64,000 nt of DNA, taken from assembly GCA_008632985.1 (NCBI GenBank), contig QPGO01000069.1, positions 248,001-312,000 of the forward strand, given 5' to 3'. This stretch comes from Psammoneis japonica (lineage: Eukaryota). Shown here piece after piece: positions 37,601 to 48,488 of the stretch. Within the stretch, counting starts at the first letter, position 1, and every line of letters begins with the position of its first letter. The position numbers and the translations under genes are program-made. The notes beneath the pieces are model-generated. The model did not search any database. It saw only the letters and a program-made list of their open reading frames with translations, and had not been told where the DNA came from.

Positions 37601-38211
37601 TGCTTTAAAGTTGCCTCCTGCGATGATTCATCCACTGTCCCTGATTCATCTATCTCTTTTCGTCGCTTCTTCCTTCTTCTCGTCGTTGCTTTGCTAGGTT
37701 CAGGCAGAGTTCCCACATCCTTCTCGGGGGCATCCTCAGACTTTGTCGACTGCCCCTTTTCAATATCCTCCGAAGCTTTGTCCCTCTTGATGATTCGACG
37801 ACGTTTCCTTTTCTTCTTTCCGGTATCTTCGTCCTGCGTCACTCGATCTACATCCGCATCTTGTAAAAGTTCATCGTTTCGGATCTTTTTCACTCTTCTC
37901 TTCTTTATTCTTTTTATCGTCTTTTTCGTTTCCGCATCATCTTCTGATTCGGCGGACTCGACAATCGTTTCGTCGGATGCTTCTGTTGGTGATATTCGTT
38001 TTCCTTTTTTGACACGCCGTTTCTTACGTCGACTGGATGCCTTCTCCACTGGAGATGTATCACCGGGAGCATCGCCTCCGCCACGGTATAATATCCAAGT
38101 CGTTGTTGGCGATTGACAAAACGAAATGGCGTCGCTGGAAGAGATACGGCACATCCACAGCATGACATTCAATGATAGCCACGACGTCGAAGATCTGATG
38201 AGTGATTTCAT
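34651..38211 (-). CDS. Inositol polyphosphate 5-phosphatase with N-terminal signal-like peptide and a long low-complexity region
   Basis: Catalytic motifs VVTWNL, ISGQECE, NKGSI, AHMAAH, CGDLNYRV, DQL, EGKITFPPTFKFD, RIPAWTDRVLF, SDHRPV. Confidence 0.92.
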   Translation of the reverse strand: MKSLIRSSTSWLSLNVMLWMCRISSSDAISFCQSPTTTWILYRGGGDAPGDTSPVEKASSRRKKRRVKKGKRISPTEASDETIVESAESEDDAETKKTIKRIKKRRVKKIRNDELLQDADVDRVTQDEDTGKKKRKRRRIIKRDKASEDIEKGQSTKSEDAPEKDVGTLPEPSKATTRRRKKRRKEIDESGTVDESSQEATLKQSNDAEITVKSATQHVKKMGRVKRKRRVSRIFSASDVGEGGAEPTAEQAGEEEETHTQPPPLAEESRESDMKQASSPELSNLNGELSPGETTDSEGSKSATEGAYPPLTEEAPNKFVTIDLGEEKQKEEIEQALQKEDTEIQPTETVYVTPIDADIDKGVIETNTPTVEEAYTETTNNEITADALKNAEESVLVGHADSESDAGLTESVAAERAQDIVDQVSTSNQEVLEQEEKAERKEIEEKIEEEDMPDVIAVDHSFDEETTEEEDESEEEEEAQEDVTEVAYDSDDERSAEVIEAQQEPEEGGKQESLGVVVSGDSDEEESEDADSGGEDKAAVTEGSDDEESADTDMDGEHDAVVAEDEESVSSLDGERAANATDADVMLEAVEGQENGDRDNACQHVTEEESSTAQDTESSDVETEEETEAPTLPTENASQDGSAGPSGKTTARDALEATSMMKDDSQNNGDEDDSDDDVEKDTVDAETELDYHHIGADESEETKPRKNGSEHDIEKAQDESPSIKESEVCPAVDDSHAVADADNEDTATDIDGGAKTSIEALEADDDVPAEKEIRATYKKADLQSLEEMDDDDRDITVSVVTWNLAELAPAEEDASFIRKFRQSCIPGKSKRGTKRQRDNGGSDVVLISGQECENVKPRRAEGHRSREFRRLMIKMLGKNYVPLAMHSLGGVQFGLFCKRAILSDVEFVSIADVACGIGNVFHNKGSIAAFVQMKARESSKERGGQDPTPRAKSLRMLFLTAHMAAHVKNSEARDMDFWRIVSELEAQAPPRFLSPKRNAGTAAGIGELKSTGLHLLDSMDRIFLCGDLNYRVDLPREVAENTVQEMSRLLENHASEPTDAAAQEAERLRLELLRHDQLLRTISEKRAFPNFSEGKITFPPTFKFDKGTSDYDTSHKQRIPAWTDRVLFKPFGVRVLEYRSVPDAMHSDHRPVYATFRVSMLGKPVKQARPHRKRKRKTRDDQGQNE

Positions 38212-39524
38212 TTTTCCCACAGAGAGAAGCCGCTAAAGAATGGAGCAAGTAATAGAGAATGGATTTATCACCAAGGACTGTTTTCTCTACAATGTCAAGT
38301 GACGAGCAATACAGGAGACGCCGATTGCGGCCATCATCTTGTGTGTCATGTTTCATGCGATGTTCGTCGCGATCGCGATAATGCAATGTAGGATACTGCA
38401 ACACGTGGAAGGCAGACAGACAGACAGACAGAGAGGGCGGGTTCGTTGCGTGCGAAGCACGCACGCCATCCCATGCCCGCCACAGCACACGCAAGCCAAT
38501 GGAGATTGATTACATTGAGCATGTTGTGTGTCAGCAAGCTCTCTTCAACAGCATGGCACATTACATGGATGGGATGCAGTGGCTGCGATGAGGAAATCAG
38601 AAGAAGATCCAATGGTGCCTGGTGCCCAGCACCGCTGCCACAAATGACACACAAAACTGACCTTGACAGATGCGCCTCTGCAGCAGCAAGAGAGTGTGGT
38701 GAAGCACCCAGTGCAAGAAAATTTCTGCAGGCCACGTCGTGTGCTCAAACTCACATGCTGCTCCAATCCAGCATTAATTTTGAGAATTGAACCACCTTGC
38801 AGCTGAAACTGTGACACTTTTGCTCCTGATCATGGCTGACAAGGAGCCAGCACGAAAAAATGCAAAACAGCGGAGGATTTTCTGAAGACAGTGCAGCATC
38901 CTTGCCAAGACACAAGCACTGTGCTGGGTGCCTGCTCATTACAGACAAATTGGTCCCATCCTGGTTTGAACAATTTGTTGGAATTGGTTTTCCTGAGTCT
39001 TTCTTTGGCTGCTCTTCAAACAGCACAATGGTTGGCACAAAGTTCCCCCCACCTTGGCAGCACTCAGTGCCCCAGCTTTTCTTGCTTGGACACAACAGAT
39101 TTGGCATTGTTCAATGAAAAAAATGGCAATTTTGTTGTGCTGGGAGAAGATTCAGCCACACACAAAAATTGATCATGCAAGCAGTGCCAGAGATCTGCCA
39201 GCTTCTTCTTTGTGGTCTGGGGTGGTTGCTGCAGGCACAAAAGGCGGGCGCTGCGGCTTGTGCCTGCCTGAGTTTTTTGTGCACTCATTTTTTTTTTGCA
39301 TTCACTTTGTTGTCTACATTGTCACCTGACAACTGCAACATTTCCAACGCAGCTCAGCTTCACCTCCATTTCTCCAGCACTTTCCAGCAAACCTCCAATG
39401 CATGTTTCATGTGCATTGGAACCCACACCACGACTCAATGCATTTTTAATTCTCTTGTTTTGCCAATTGGTCTCAAATTTTCTGGAACTTTCAACAGCCG
39501 ATGACATCAGCTGCACTCACAACC

Positions 39525-39685
39525 ATTGAAAATCTGTTTTTGATTTTTCAGCTCAGAAAAACAGCCTGCTGCACTGATGAGCGAAAGCAACAAAAGCTCA
39601 CATCATTGAGCTTTGCATGCCAGGCAACTCATTTGACAGGATTGCTGTCATGCCAAGAGCTGATTGTGCATTGGACAACCCCAAC
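39525..39685 (+). repeat. Dispersed repeat, second copy at ~48835-48990
   Basis: Shared blocks ttgaaaatc..., gcactgatgagc.aaag, aaagctcacatcat, ccaggcaactc, ggattgctgt, ctgattgt.cattg.acaaccc. Confidence 0.75.
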
Positions 39686-39824
39686 AGAGTTCATGTTTGA
39701 CATCCCATTTTGTTTGTTTGACTTTGCTCATGACACCCAAAACTCCACATTGTGCTGCCCATTTGGCTCATTCTGCACCGGAGTGAAAATGTCACTCAAG
39801 AAGGTGTTTGTTGCCACCCAATTG

Positions 39825-40046
39825 GCTGTCTTTGCTTTGAAGTGAAAATGACAATGTGTTGTGGGGTTTGTCATTAACCGCCAGCTACTGACACAAAAAC
39901 TTTCTCAGAAAATCCCACAAACTTTCAGCCAACAAGCTGTCTTTGCTTTGAAGTGAAAATGACAATGTGTTGTGGGGTTTGCCATCAACCGCCAGCCACT
40001 GACACAAAAACTTTCTCAGAAAATCTCACAAACTTTCAGCCAACAA
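39825..40046. repeat. Tandem duplication, 111-bp unit x2
   Basis: gctgtctttgctttgaagtgaaaatgacaatgtgttgtggggtttg starts at 39825 and 39936. Confidence 0.92.
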
Positions 40047-40877
40047 CCAACCAAAAGCAAAATGAGATGGGCACATGACTCTTTTTGGACAGCAAGGCTG
40101 CAAATCATGGTGCATGGCAGAAGTCAAGAATCAGCTGCACAATTGAGATGGCTGTGCTGCAATTTGTTTGTTGTGGCGCCAATGGATTGTGCAAATTTAG
40201 TTTGGGAGCCTTTGCTTGATTTCTGTTGAAATGAAAGAGAAAAAGTTGAGCAGTGGAAAGTTGTTGGCCCATTCTCAATGTCTTTTTTGGTCAAAAAGAT
40301 CTCACAACAACTGCTCCATTGGATCTTCTCCATGTTCCGTGAAGTCTGTGTGTTGTTGTTTTTGTGCTGCAAGTCATTGTCTTGGGGTGCCCTTTGCTTT
40401 GTCTTTGTGCAATGGTCTTCAAAATTTTTTGTTTCACCCACATCTTGTTGCTGGTCAATTTTTGACATCTTTTGGTCAAAAACTCTCTGGTGCAACAGTT
40501 GTGCCATTGGATCCTTCACAACAAAGCACAGCCTGTCTTGTTCTTGCTCTTGCAAAGGGAGGCTGCGCCCAAGATGCACTGTGCTCCATCTTTCTGTCAT
40601 GCTGGTCATCCACATTTTTGTTTCACCCACATTTTTTAGTGTCTTAGCAACACCATCAAATTTGCAACAGCCGTGCACCATTGAATCCTTTGCAACAAGT
40701 GCAGTCTGTCTTTTTGTTGCTGTTGCAAATCAAGGCATCATGTCAAACACCTTCGTGCGCATTGGAAATTGGAACCCACACCACGACTCAACGCGTTTTT
40801 ACTCTTTTTTTTTCTTGGAACTTCACAGGAACTTTCAACAGCCGATGACGCCAGCTGCACTCACAATCCTTTGTTGG

Positions 40878-41861
40878 ATGGATGCGAACACCAACAAAAA
40901 CACAAAAGAAGCAACGGCACCAACCATGACAAGAACGTCACAAAATCAACAAGGACAACAGCAACAACTGCTAGTGGATGAAGCCGAGGCACGGGCGTTT
41001 TATCGAGAGTTTTTGACGCTCTCTTCCAAGCCACGACTCGTCATGGTCATTGCGCGAAAAAAGTACGACGACACCAACACACTTTCCACCTCCACCCAAA
41101 TCTTGGAACGAACCATTCTCCGCTTTGACAAGAAACACAGTGAAGACGATTTTATTCGTTTTATTCGCCGAGTAGGTCTTCTCGTCCAGGCCGACTTTTA
41201 CCGCGATCGTCGAGACGATAGTGTTCCGATTGCCCTCGAGTGGGTCGTGATGTATGTCACTGCCTTTCCATTGGACGAAGAAGATGCGACCGACGCCTTT
41301 ATCCAAACCATCATGAAGCGTCGACGCAACTTTCGACGGGCCATCGCCAATGAAAAGAATAAGGATCAGTTGCCCGTCTTGTCGGACATTGCCAGCATAC
41401 TAACGACGTGTCTCCACAATAGCAAGTGCCCCGAATGCCGCCGCCTGTTGAAATTGGACGTCGACACAAAGGATCCTGCACTACTAGAGGATTTTTATCA
41501 AGTATTGCAAGGCTTTGCAGTTGTGGTGGCTATGGAAACGCGGGGTGGATATCACGTGGTAATTGAACGAAACCGAGATTGTCGGCCCTTGTACGAGTTT
41601 GTCAAAGCCGCCCAGGAAGGTGTCCCTCACAAAGAGCATTGGATTACGCTGGAAGATAATGATGGACCTATGATAGCTATTCCTGGAACAAATCAGGGTG
41701 GATTTATGGTTCGAATCGCCACCGAGCAATGGAGGCAGGCGCTGGGAACAGCTCTCGTCTCCCAAGAAGGATGTCCTCTTAGAAGAAGGGACAGATCTAC
41801 GTGTAGGCACTTTTTGGGTAATGCCAAGCATAAGCAAAGCTGTCACGACCATTACTGTTAA
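40878..41861 (+). CDS. Intronless orphan with archaeo-eukaryotic primase (AEP)-like motifs; start codon uncertain (40878 or 40926)
   Basis: Normal Tyr/TA usage from ~40970 onward. Motifs IARKKY, LKLDVDTKD (hhhDhD), METRGGYHVV (T.xGxH), IPGTNQGGF. Confidence 0.6.
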   Translation: MDANTNKNTKEATAPTMTRTSQNQQGQQQQLLVDEAEARAFYREFLTLSSKPRLVMVIARKKYDDTNTLSTSTQILERTILRFDKKHSEDDFIRFIRRVGLLVQADFYRDRRDDSVPIALEWVVMYVTAFPLDEEDATDAFIQTIMKRRRNFRRAIANEKNKDQLPVLSDIASILTTCLHNSKCPECRRLLKLDVDTKDPALLEDFYQVLQGFAVVVAMETRGGYHVVIERNRDCRPLYEFVKAAQEGVPHKEHWITLEDNDGPMIAIPGTNQGGFMVRIATEQWRQALGTALVSQEGCPLRRRDRSTCRHFLGNAKHKQSCHDHYC

Positions 41862-42215
41862 TTAAGAGACCTACAATGACGTCTACGCTATGTACAGTAA
41901 AAAGGAAAGACTACGAGTCGAAGACGACCTTGTGATGCAGCTCCCTAACCTACCCGGATGTGGACTCTCAAAACCTTTCGCAAGTGGATCTTTCCAAATC
42001 TGGCAATGAACTTTAGTTTCTTCCCGATGGGAGGGGTTCGCATGCCACAAAACTCCTTTCAAGGAACGAACGAACGAAGGAACGCACGCACGCAAGATGG
42101 TCAAGACGGTGATTTCGGTCGATCCTAAAGTGGAGCCGTGGAAGCAAAAGAAGACTCCGCTCCCACAATCGCGGGCACCCGGATGTTCCTCCCGTCGCGA
42201 CGGTGAACTCAGAAC

Positions 42216-42439
42216 CGAGTAAATCTAGCTGCCGAAGGCTCAGCCACTCACAGTCTTAGTACGATAGCGCGAATACAACCAATAAGATGCTTCTAGGCCT
42301 GTTACAACTACAACAGATGCAACAAGTGAAAACCATTCTGTGGTCATCGGCATTTTGGTCCGCACACCAGTCACAGTTTCTCCACAGCACCTCCTGCTAG
42401 AGCACACTAGACAGTCCCTGATACATCGGATTTCACTCG
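42216..42439 (-). repeat. 3' LTR (224 bp) of the copia element; PPT GAGGGGA on the minus strand at 42441-42447
   Basis: cgagtaaatctagctgccg...gatttcactcg; direct repeat of 48489-48711. Confidence 0.92.
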
Positions 42440-42624
42440 GTCCCCTCGAAATGTGCCTGACTCGTAAGGCACAATTCGAACCAATGCTGCATCAGCAGTC
42501 TAACTCAAACATCTTGACTCATCAATCGACGTAAAAACCCTTGCCAGGGAAAAGCCGCCAATCCTCTGTGCATGGTGCAAACCCTCACTGGGGAAGAAAC
42601 TCACCACCGCTTCACGTGTCCATC

Positions 42625-45600
42625 TCAATGCGTGAACTTGTCTAACAGAAAATTCCGTCTGATGGACGACATGACCTTCGTGAACAGATTGCCAAGGTTT
42701 GTCTCTGTTCCCTCCTTTGCAATCCCAACAGTCCCCGCAGCAACAGCTTCGCGGTTGCGGTGACACGCAATGGAGTGATGCTTCTTCTTGAGTGTAGACT
42801 CAGGAATGGAGCAATTCTTGTAGACGGCCTCATTGTCACAGAAGACATTTGTTGGCCCTTCAATCGGCACTCCAAACATTCGAAGCTTGCATTGCAGGCC
42901 CTCCATGAGCTCAATGGCATTCTTGAGTGCAACAATCTCAGCCCCAAATGTGCTGGCCTCCACGGTGTTCTGATGCTTCGAGTGCCACACGATGGGTGCC
43001 CGGTTGACAAACATCAAGACACCTGCATGGCTGCGACGATCGGCAACATTTCCGGCATGGTCAGCATCCACAAAACAATGTGTCGATGCCACATCACCTC
43101 GAGCTGGTGGTGCATTTGTCGGAATGGCTTCTCTTGCATCTCGGTGGAAGTCGCGCCAGTCGCACTTCACGAATCGCGATTCATCGATCTTGGGATGAGC
43201 CGGATCAAATGCTGCTTGGCACTTTGGAACCTGTTTGGGGTGTGCAAAGATGTGCAACACCTGTTCCAGATGACCAATGCAAGGAAGAGCGAGGTGAGCA
43301 GACATTGACGAAACCTCCAAATGGGTGTCCACTCTGCCGAGTTCCACAGCCCAAACCAGTGCGCCAATCAGCTCTTGACAGCAGTGAAGTCCTTCAGCGT
43401 CCAACTCGCCAGTGGTGTCTAACTCGGGTTTGCATCCACTGCTCAATGGGGTTGTTGCCTTGCCAGGCAGATGTTTCCCCTCCTTGCCAAGCCTGTCCTC
43501 TACGTTTTGGACAGCGGACTTGCAGTGCTTCTCTGCAGACATTGCCCAACAGGCAGTCCCATTGGCCAAAGTCATCTTGGAAAGCGCAGCACCGAGATGA
43601 GTTTCCGGCTCGGCTGCCTTGTCACCCTTGAGCTTGAACTTGGACCTGATGCCATCCATCGTCTTCATGGGTTCGTGACTGATCGACAGCACGTCGTCCA
43701 CACAAACTAAAATGCATTCGTAGCACTCGAATCCATCGGGTTTCACCGCAGGTCTCATCCATGCATCCGGATCGGCCTTGCTTGGTTTGCACCCTAGATC
43801 ATAAAGCGTCTCCACTGGGAATGCCCTGAACACTGCTCCGGAGCTCTTCAATCCGTGTGGAGCCCTGACCACAATCATGATGCAACCTTCATCCTGCCAA
43901 ACTCGGAACCGGCTCTGGTCCAAATCTTCTCCCTGCAAGGGGCAGCAAGGCAGGCGTTCTGGATGTCACGTGCGAAGACTTGCAAGTCATTGAGCACAGC
44001 AAGCATCAGTGCAATCCTCACCAAATCTCAAGAGACGACAGAGGAGCAAGTGATGTGTGCGGGGGTTTCAGCAGTGTGGCCTCCAGCCACCATGCGAGCT
44101 TTGCGGCGGAAGTTTTCTCCCAACTTGATGTCAAAAATCATGTGACACTTCACTTCCTGGAAACCAGGCACCATGTCCTTAAGCTCCCCTTCATGCTTGT
44201 CAAAAGCAACCCGTGCATTCTTCATCTCCATGCAAATGGCGTCCCACCACAGGGTGTTGCCATTTGCGCGATCGATCTGGATCGCCTCCTCGACACTCTT
44301 TGGGATCCGCATGCCAAATTTGTGTGTTCGTAGCCAACACTTCGACTTGACCTTCGCAATGGAACACTTGCTGGTTTTCATGACATGAGGAACCCACCAA
44401 GCAAACGCTGGCTCACTCGAGATCTTGCGCTGAATGGCAAACTCGGCAACTTGGACTGGGAAGCTCTCCTTCGCAATCTTCAGGTCGATCCAAGTCGCAC
44501 TGCCATCCTTCCATTGGAACAAAAGTTCCCATCCTTTGGCAGTCTTGCGCCTCTTCCGAACGCCTTGCTCGGTCTCAAAGAACTCAGATTCTGGAACGTC
44601 CCCGTTGGTGCGGCAATCAACGATCTCATCAAATGAGACATGCCGGTTTCCGTCCTCGTCGATCTGAGCAAACACATTCATGGCGATGGAGTTAGCAGAG
44701 AGCGCAGCATGGTGCCCATCAGGGCACTCTACCTCATGCATCCTTGCATCAAGGATGGGATTGTCATTGGCTGTTCCTGTCGGAATGCCATTGGCATCTC
44801 TCAACCTCTTCGTGACATGAGCAAACTCAGGTCCATCATCATCTTGTGGAAGCGCAACTTCCATGTTAATGTGTCCCCAGTCCGCCGCCTCCGGTGAGGC
44901 TTCCTCGTTTTTCTTGTCGTCATCGTCATTTGCTGCCTCCTCTGAGGACATGACACAATCCCACTCATCGAGGAATTCATCATCGTATCCAAGGCAGTCC
45001 TTCCAGTCTTTGGGACTGATCTGCGATCCTCGTCGTCGGGGAAGTCTTGCTCCTTCAACCGTCGCTTGATCTCCTCGTCAAAATTGTCAAACTTTGCCTT
45101 TTTCTCTTGAGCAGCGGCTTCCAAATTGGTGACTTGTTGAACAGAAGTTCTGAAGTGACACTGCCTGTCTGTGTCAAGACGTGGTGCGACATGAGACTCC
45201 CTGTCCTGTGAGATGCACCAAGCCACCTGCCGAGCTTCTCGTCCCCTAAACCGGCATTCTCCCTGTGCCAGACCCAATCATAAAATCCAAAGTCAAGGTG
45301 CTCCAAGATGTCCACGGTCTCTCCGAGAACGTTCTCCAGTGGCACTCCAGCATCCAAATGATGTGCTCTGAGGAACGTGTGAGACATGGTCTCACATGTC
45401 CATGTAAATCCGCAGTCCCACAGTGCCACGGTGCTTGCTTCTTGACCATGATGCGGAACCACTTACGTCTGACCTCGCGCACAACCCCTTCTGCAGGATT
45501 CTGGTTGTGTCGATTGGGTTCGATGACACGACAATCTATGCCCTCCTTGCGCACGGTCTTCATGAACTCCGTGCCAGGTTTCGTTTGCTCCTTAGATCCA

Positions 45601-45990
45601 TCCATCAGGAGTTTCTCTGGCACGCCAAATTCCTGGCAAAACATCTTGAGAGCCTTGCCAGCCTTGCTCTTTTTGTCCATGGGATAAATCGCAGCGAAGC
45701 ATTGCTTGTTTGTGAAGATCTGAGCATGTCGATTGCCCTCCAACAAAACCACCTTGCCATCAACCATGTTGGTTGCCCATTCACCCCGTAACCTGGGCTT
45801 CGTGAACATCCGATCGGCCCGATGGCATCGACCCATTGGCATCAACGCTGACCTGATGAGCTTTTGCGTGGTCTTCTTGAGCATGCTGGCTGCTTGCTTG
45901 AGTCCTGTGCACCATCGTTCACTTGAGTCAGCAGCCGACACATCACTGTGTCTCTCCTCAGACATGAATGTCTTCAGGAGTGCCAAGTCT
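42625..45990 (-). pseudogene. Copia pol (integrase-RT-RNase H), frameshifted and hypermutated
   Basis: ORF fragments 45246-45986, 45055-45462, 44028-44951 and 42625-43938 carry copia motifs. The catalytic YVDD reads CVDD. Confidence 0.92.
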
Positions 45991-46767
45991 TCAGGTCCTT
46001 CGCCGATCGTTTCCGTGGCGGAGATCTAGGCTGTTGGCTCTGATTCCACATTGACGGCAGCTGTGAGCCTTGATTGGACTTGATCGACTCCATGAATGAA
46101 TTGCTCATCACAGCAGTCCCCGGATTGAGGGTCACTGTGGGCAGGATCAGCTTTGAACTCGTGTGTCAGATTGGTGTGGATCGTCGCAATTGACCGAACT
46201 AGCTCCATTTCCTCCTCCGCAGATCGTCGAGTTCCAACAGATTTGAACTTGACGGTCTGTGGATCCCAAGGTTGTTGGGAGGTCATCTGGATCTTGGGGC
46301 ATTCGTGCAGTTCCTGCTCTGCAGGAGCACGAGTTGCCGCAACAACATTGGTCCCCACAGCTTCAAGTGGCATCATGAAAGACTTGTCCTCCGTAAGGAT
46401 GTGCAGTGGTGAATCGGAGCAGGGGTTGTCCTGAACCTTAACACCAAAGTGCCACAGCTAGTTTGGGTTAACCAGCGAGTGCTCCATGGACTCCGGCATC
46501 CACAAGCCCTCGTGGAAGACCAGAACAAAAGTTGCTCCCGATGTCGGTGACGTCCACGCCGTGGCTGCCAAGACAATTGGGGCACTCTTGATGGACTCGC
46601 ATCCCTCGTTAAAAGGAGACACGCCTTGTTGAGGTAACGACCTCACAGATGCGTTTGTCGCAGGCACGTGGACACTGCTCCTTTGATTGACACGGCTGTC
46701 CCCCGCCCCATTGTGGCAACCACAACAAGAAGTTTATGATGCAACAAAGCAGGGTCCAGCTTGGCAG

Positions 46768-48198
46768 TCATTTCTGCTTTCCTCGGCGCTTTTCGCTGCG
46801 ACCACCGAATGCGTCTCCGGCATTGTCTCCGTCTCTGCCACCAACCCTTGATTCATCATCACCAGAATCGGCGCTGGCATCAGTGTTCAGGGTGGAGATT
46901 TTGCGGTTCGCTTCTTTAAGCTGCGACAACAGCTTCCGATTCTTCTTCTTGAGTGACTTGACGGATGCAGCACGGCGTTTGGTTGGTTTAGGTTGTTTGG
47001 CAATGCCCAGACGCACGCGCTCGTCGACAACCTTCTGTTTGTCCCCCTTGCTCAACTGGTGCCAATTTTTGTGGCACCCAGTGCCAATGGATCCATCCTC
47101 GTCACAAATGGCACCACCCTCTTTTCCTCCTCCAGAGGCAACTGCGGCAATCGCACGACAATGCGCAATCGTCTCTGGAAGGGTGGCGACTTTGGCAGCA
47201 AGATGATTGGCCGCCGTGGTGAACGTGATGCCTCCTCCAAACTCATTCTGTGCCTTCAAGGTCTCAACTGCCGCCTGCAGTGATTGGTGCTGCGTCTTCT
47301 CAAAAAGGATCCGTAATTTCTGGGCCTCCGTTTTCGGTTCGTCGTTTTCCTCAAAAATGTTGAACATTTCTTGGAGCTTGTTTGCCAACAAATGATTCAA
47401 ACAGCATGGCACGCTCACTCTTGCAATGGAGGGCATTCTCCATGCGCTCAGCTTCAGAGATGCGGCGGGAGGTGTTCCCTTCTCCCTGGTGATGGTCACA
47501 CAACGCCCTAAAGTCAACTCGTCCATTCTGTTGTTCTTGTGGTCTTTCAACCATTGCTCACTGGGTGTGCCCGTGGCAAGGGACTCGATGAGCAAATGAA
47601 CCGTACGAGTGTCAGCCTCGAAAGCTGGGCCTTGGAGGGGTGCACATGCAGTGCACTTCTGGACAAAAGTGTTGTGGCCTTGAGGTTTGGGTGCATCGTT
47701 TTGACGAATGCAATGCACTGGCAGCACGCCAGAGACTCCTGGCACAATGCCAAGCATGTTCATCAAACCAGTGCTCCACTTGACCCAATCCTTTTCGCTC
47801 TCCAACATCCCGGGTGATGCCTCTTCACTGAGAGAGTCAGCAGTGGTCTTGGTCTGGGAATGGATCTCGGCACGACTGAGTGCCATCTGGAGAGCAGCAC
47901 GGAAAGTTGCCTGATCAAGCCCATCCAGAGTGGGGTTCTCGCTCACACGACCAAAGTCCTGCACCCAATGGATGAGAGCTTTGAGTCGATGACTGCGGGC
48001 CAAACCAAAATGAATGCGCCCTTCAGCAACCGTCCTCCCAGCGCATGATGACGCAAGAGAATCGATGTCCTCTTCCTTGAGGTCTTCTAAATCGTCAAAA
48101 GACGCAAAGTCCGCCATGAGCGAGACTCGTTGAGCTGGATCAACAAATCCGATCCATTCGAGTGCTGTCTCGATGGGATCCGGAGGAGCAGCCGCCAT
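46768..48198 (-). pseudogene. Copia gag-like ORF (CoDi type), degenerate
   Basis: IHFGLARSHRLKALIHWVQDF, GVSG.P, APLQGPAFEAD resemble diatom copia gag. The 476-aa ORF contains no Tyr. Confidence 0.8.
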
Positions 48199-48474
48199 GG
48201 TGGCACCTGTGCCAGCAGGAAAACAGAGTCATGTGAGAGATCATAATTTAAAAAGGATGTCTCAGTCTGTGTTGACGACAACACATGGCCGTTGGAAGCA
48301 TGGAGACTGGCCATGTCTCCTCACTGCTCGTGCACCCACTGATGCCAGGCGATGACAATCATCATGCACCCTTTGATCGACCGGCGTTCGTCATCACAAC
48401 CCTGCCACATTGGTGCGATCATCTCTTCACAGTTGTTCAATGCTTTTCGTCAAACTAAACCTGAGTCAACGACT

Positions 48475-48485
48475 TGGCTCTGACA
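48475..48485 (-). other. Primer-binding site resembling the tRNA-iMet complement (TGTCAGAGCCA versus canonical TATCAGAGCCA)
   Basis: Lies 3 nt inside the 5' LTR and matches the TGGTATCAGAGC family except for a TA>TG change and the missing TGG. Confidence 0.6.
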
Positions 48486-48488
48486 AAG

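Noticed and set aside
17191..38116. Antisense ORFs overlapping real genes (e.g. 17191-17772, 28521-29120, 37535-38116)
   Set aside because: Shadow frames of biased coding sequence, with no independent motifs.
40278..40877. N-terminal 200 aa of the 527-aa ORF 40278-41861
   Set aside because: Cys-rich and nearly Tyr-free sequence in TA-depleted DNA; probably open only because stops were erased.
42625..48198. Alternative genetic code (Cys/His codons read as Tyr)
   Set aside because: Neighbouring host genes use TAY for conserved Tyr, and the TA loss also affects non-coding LTRs and both strands.
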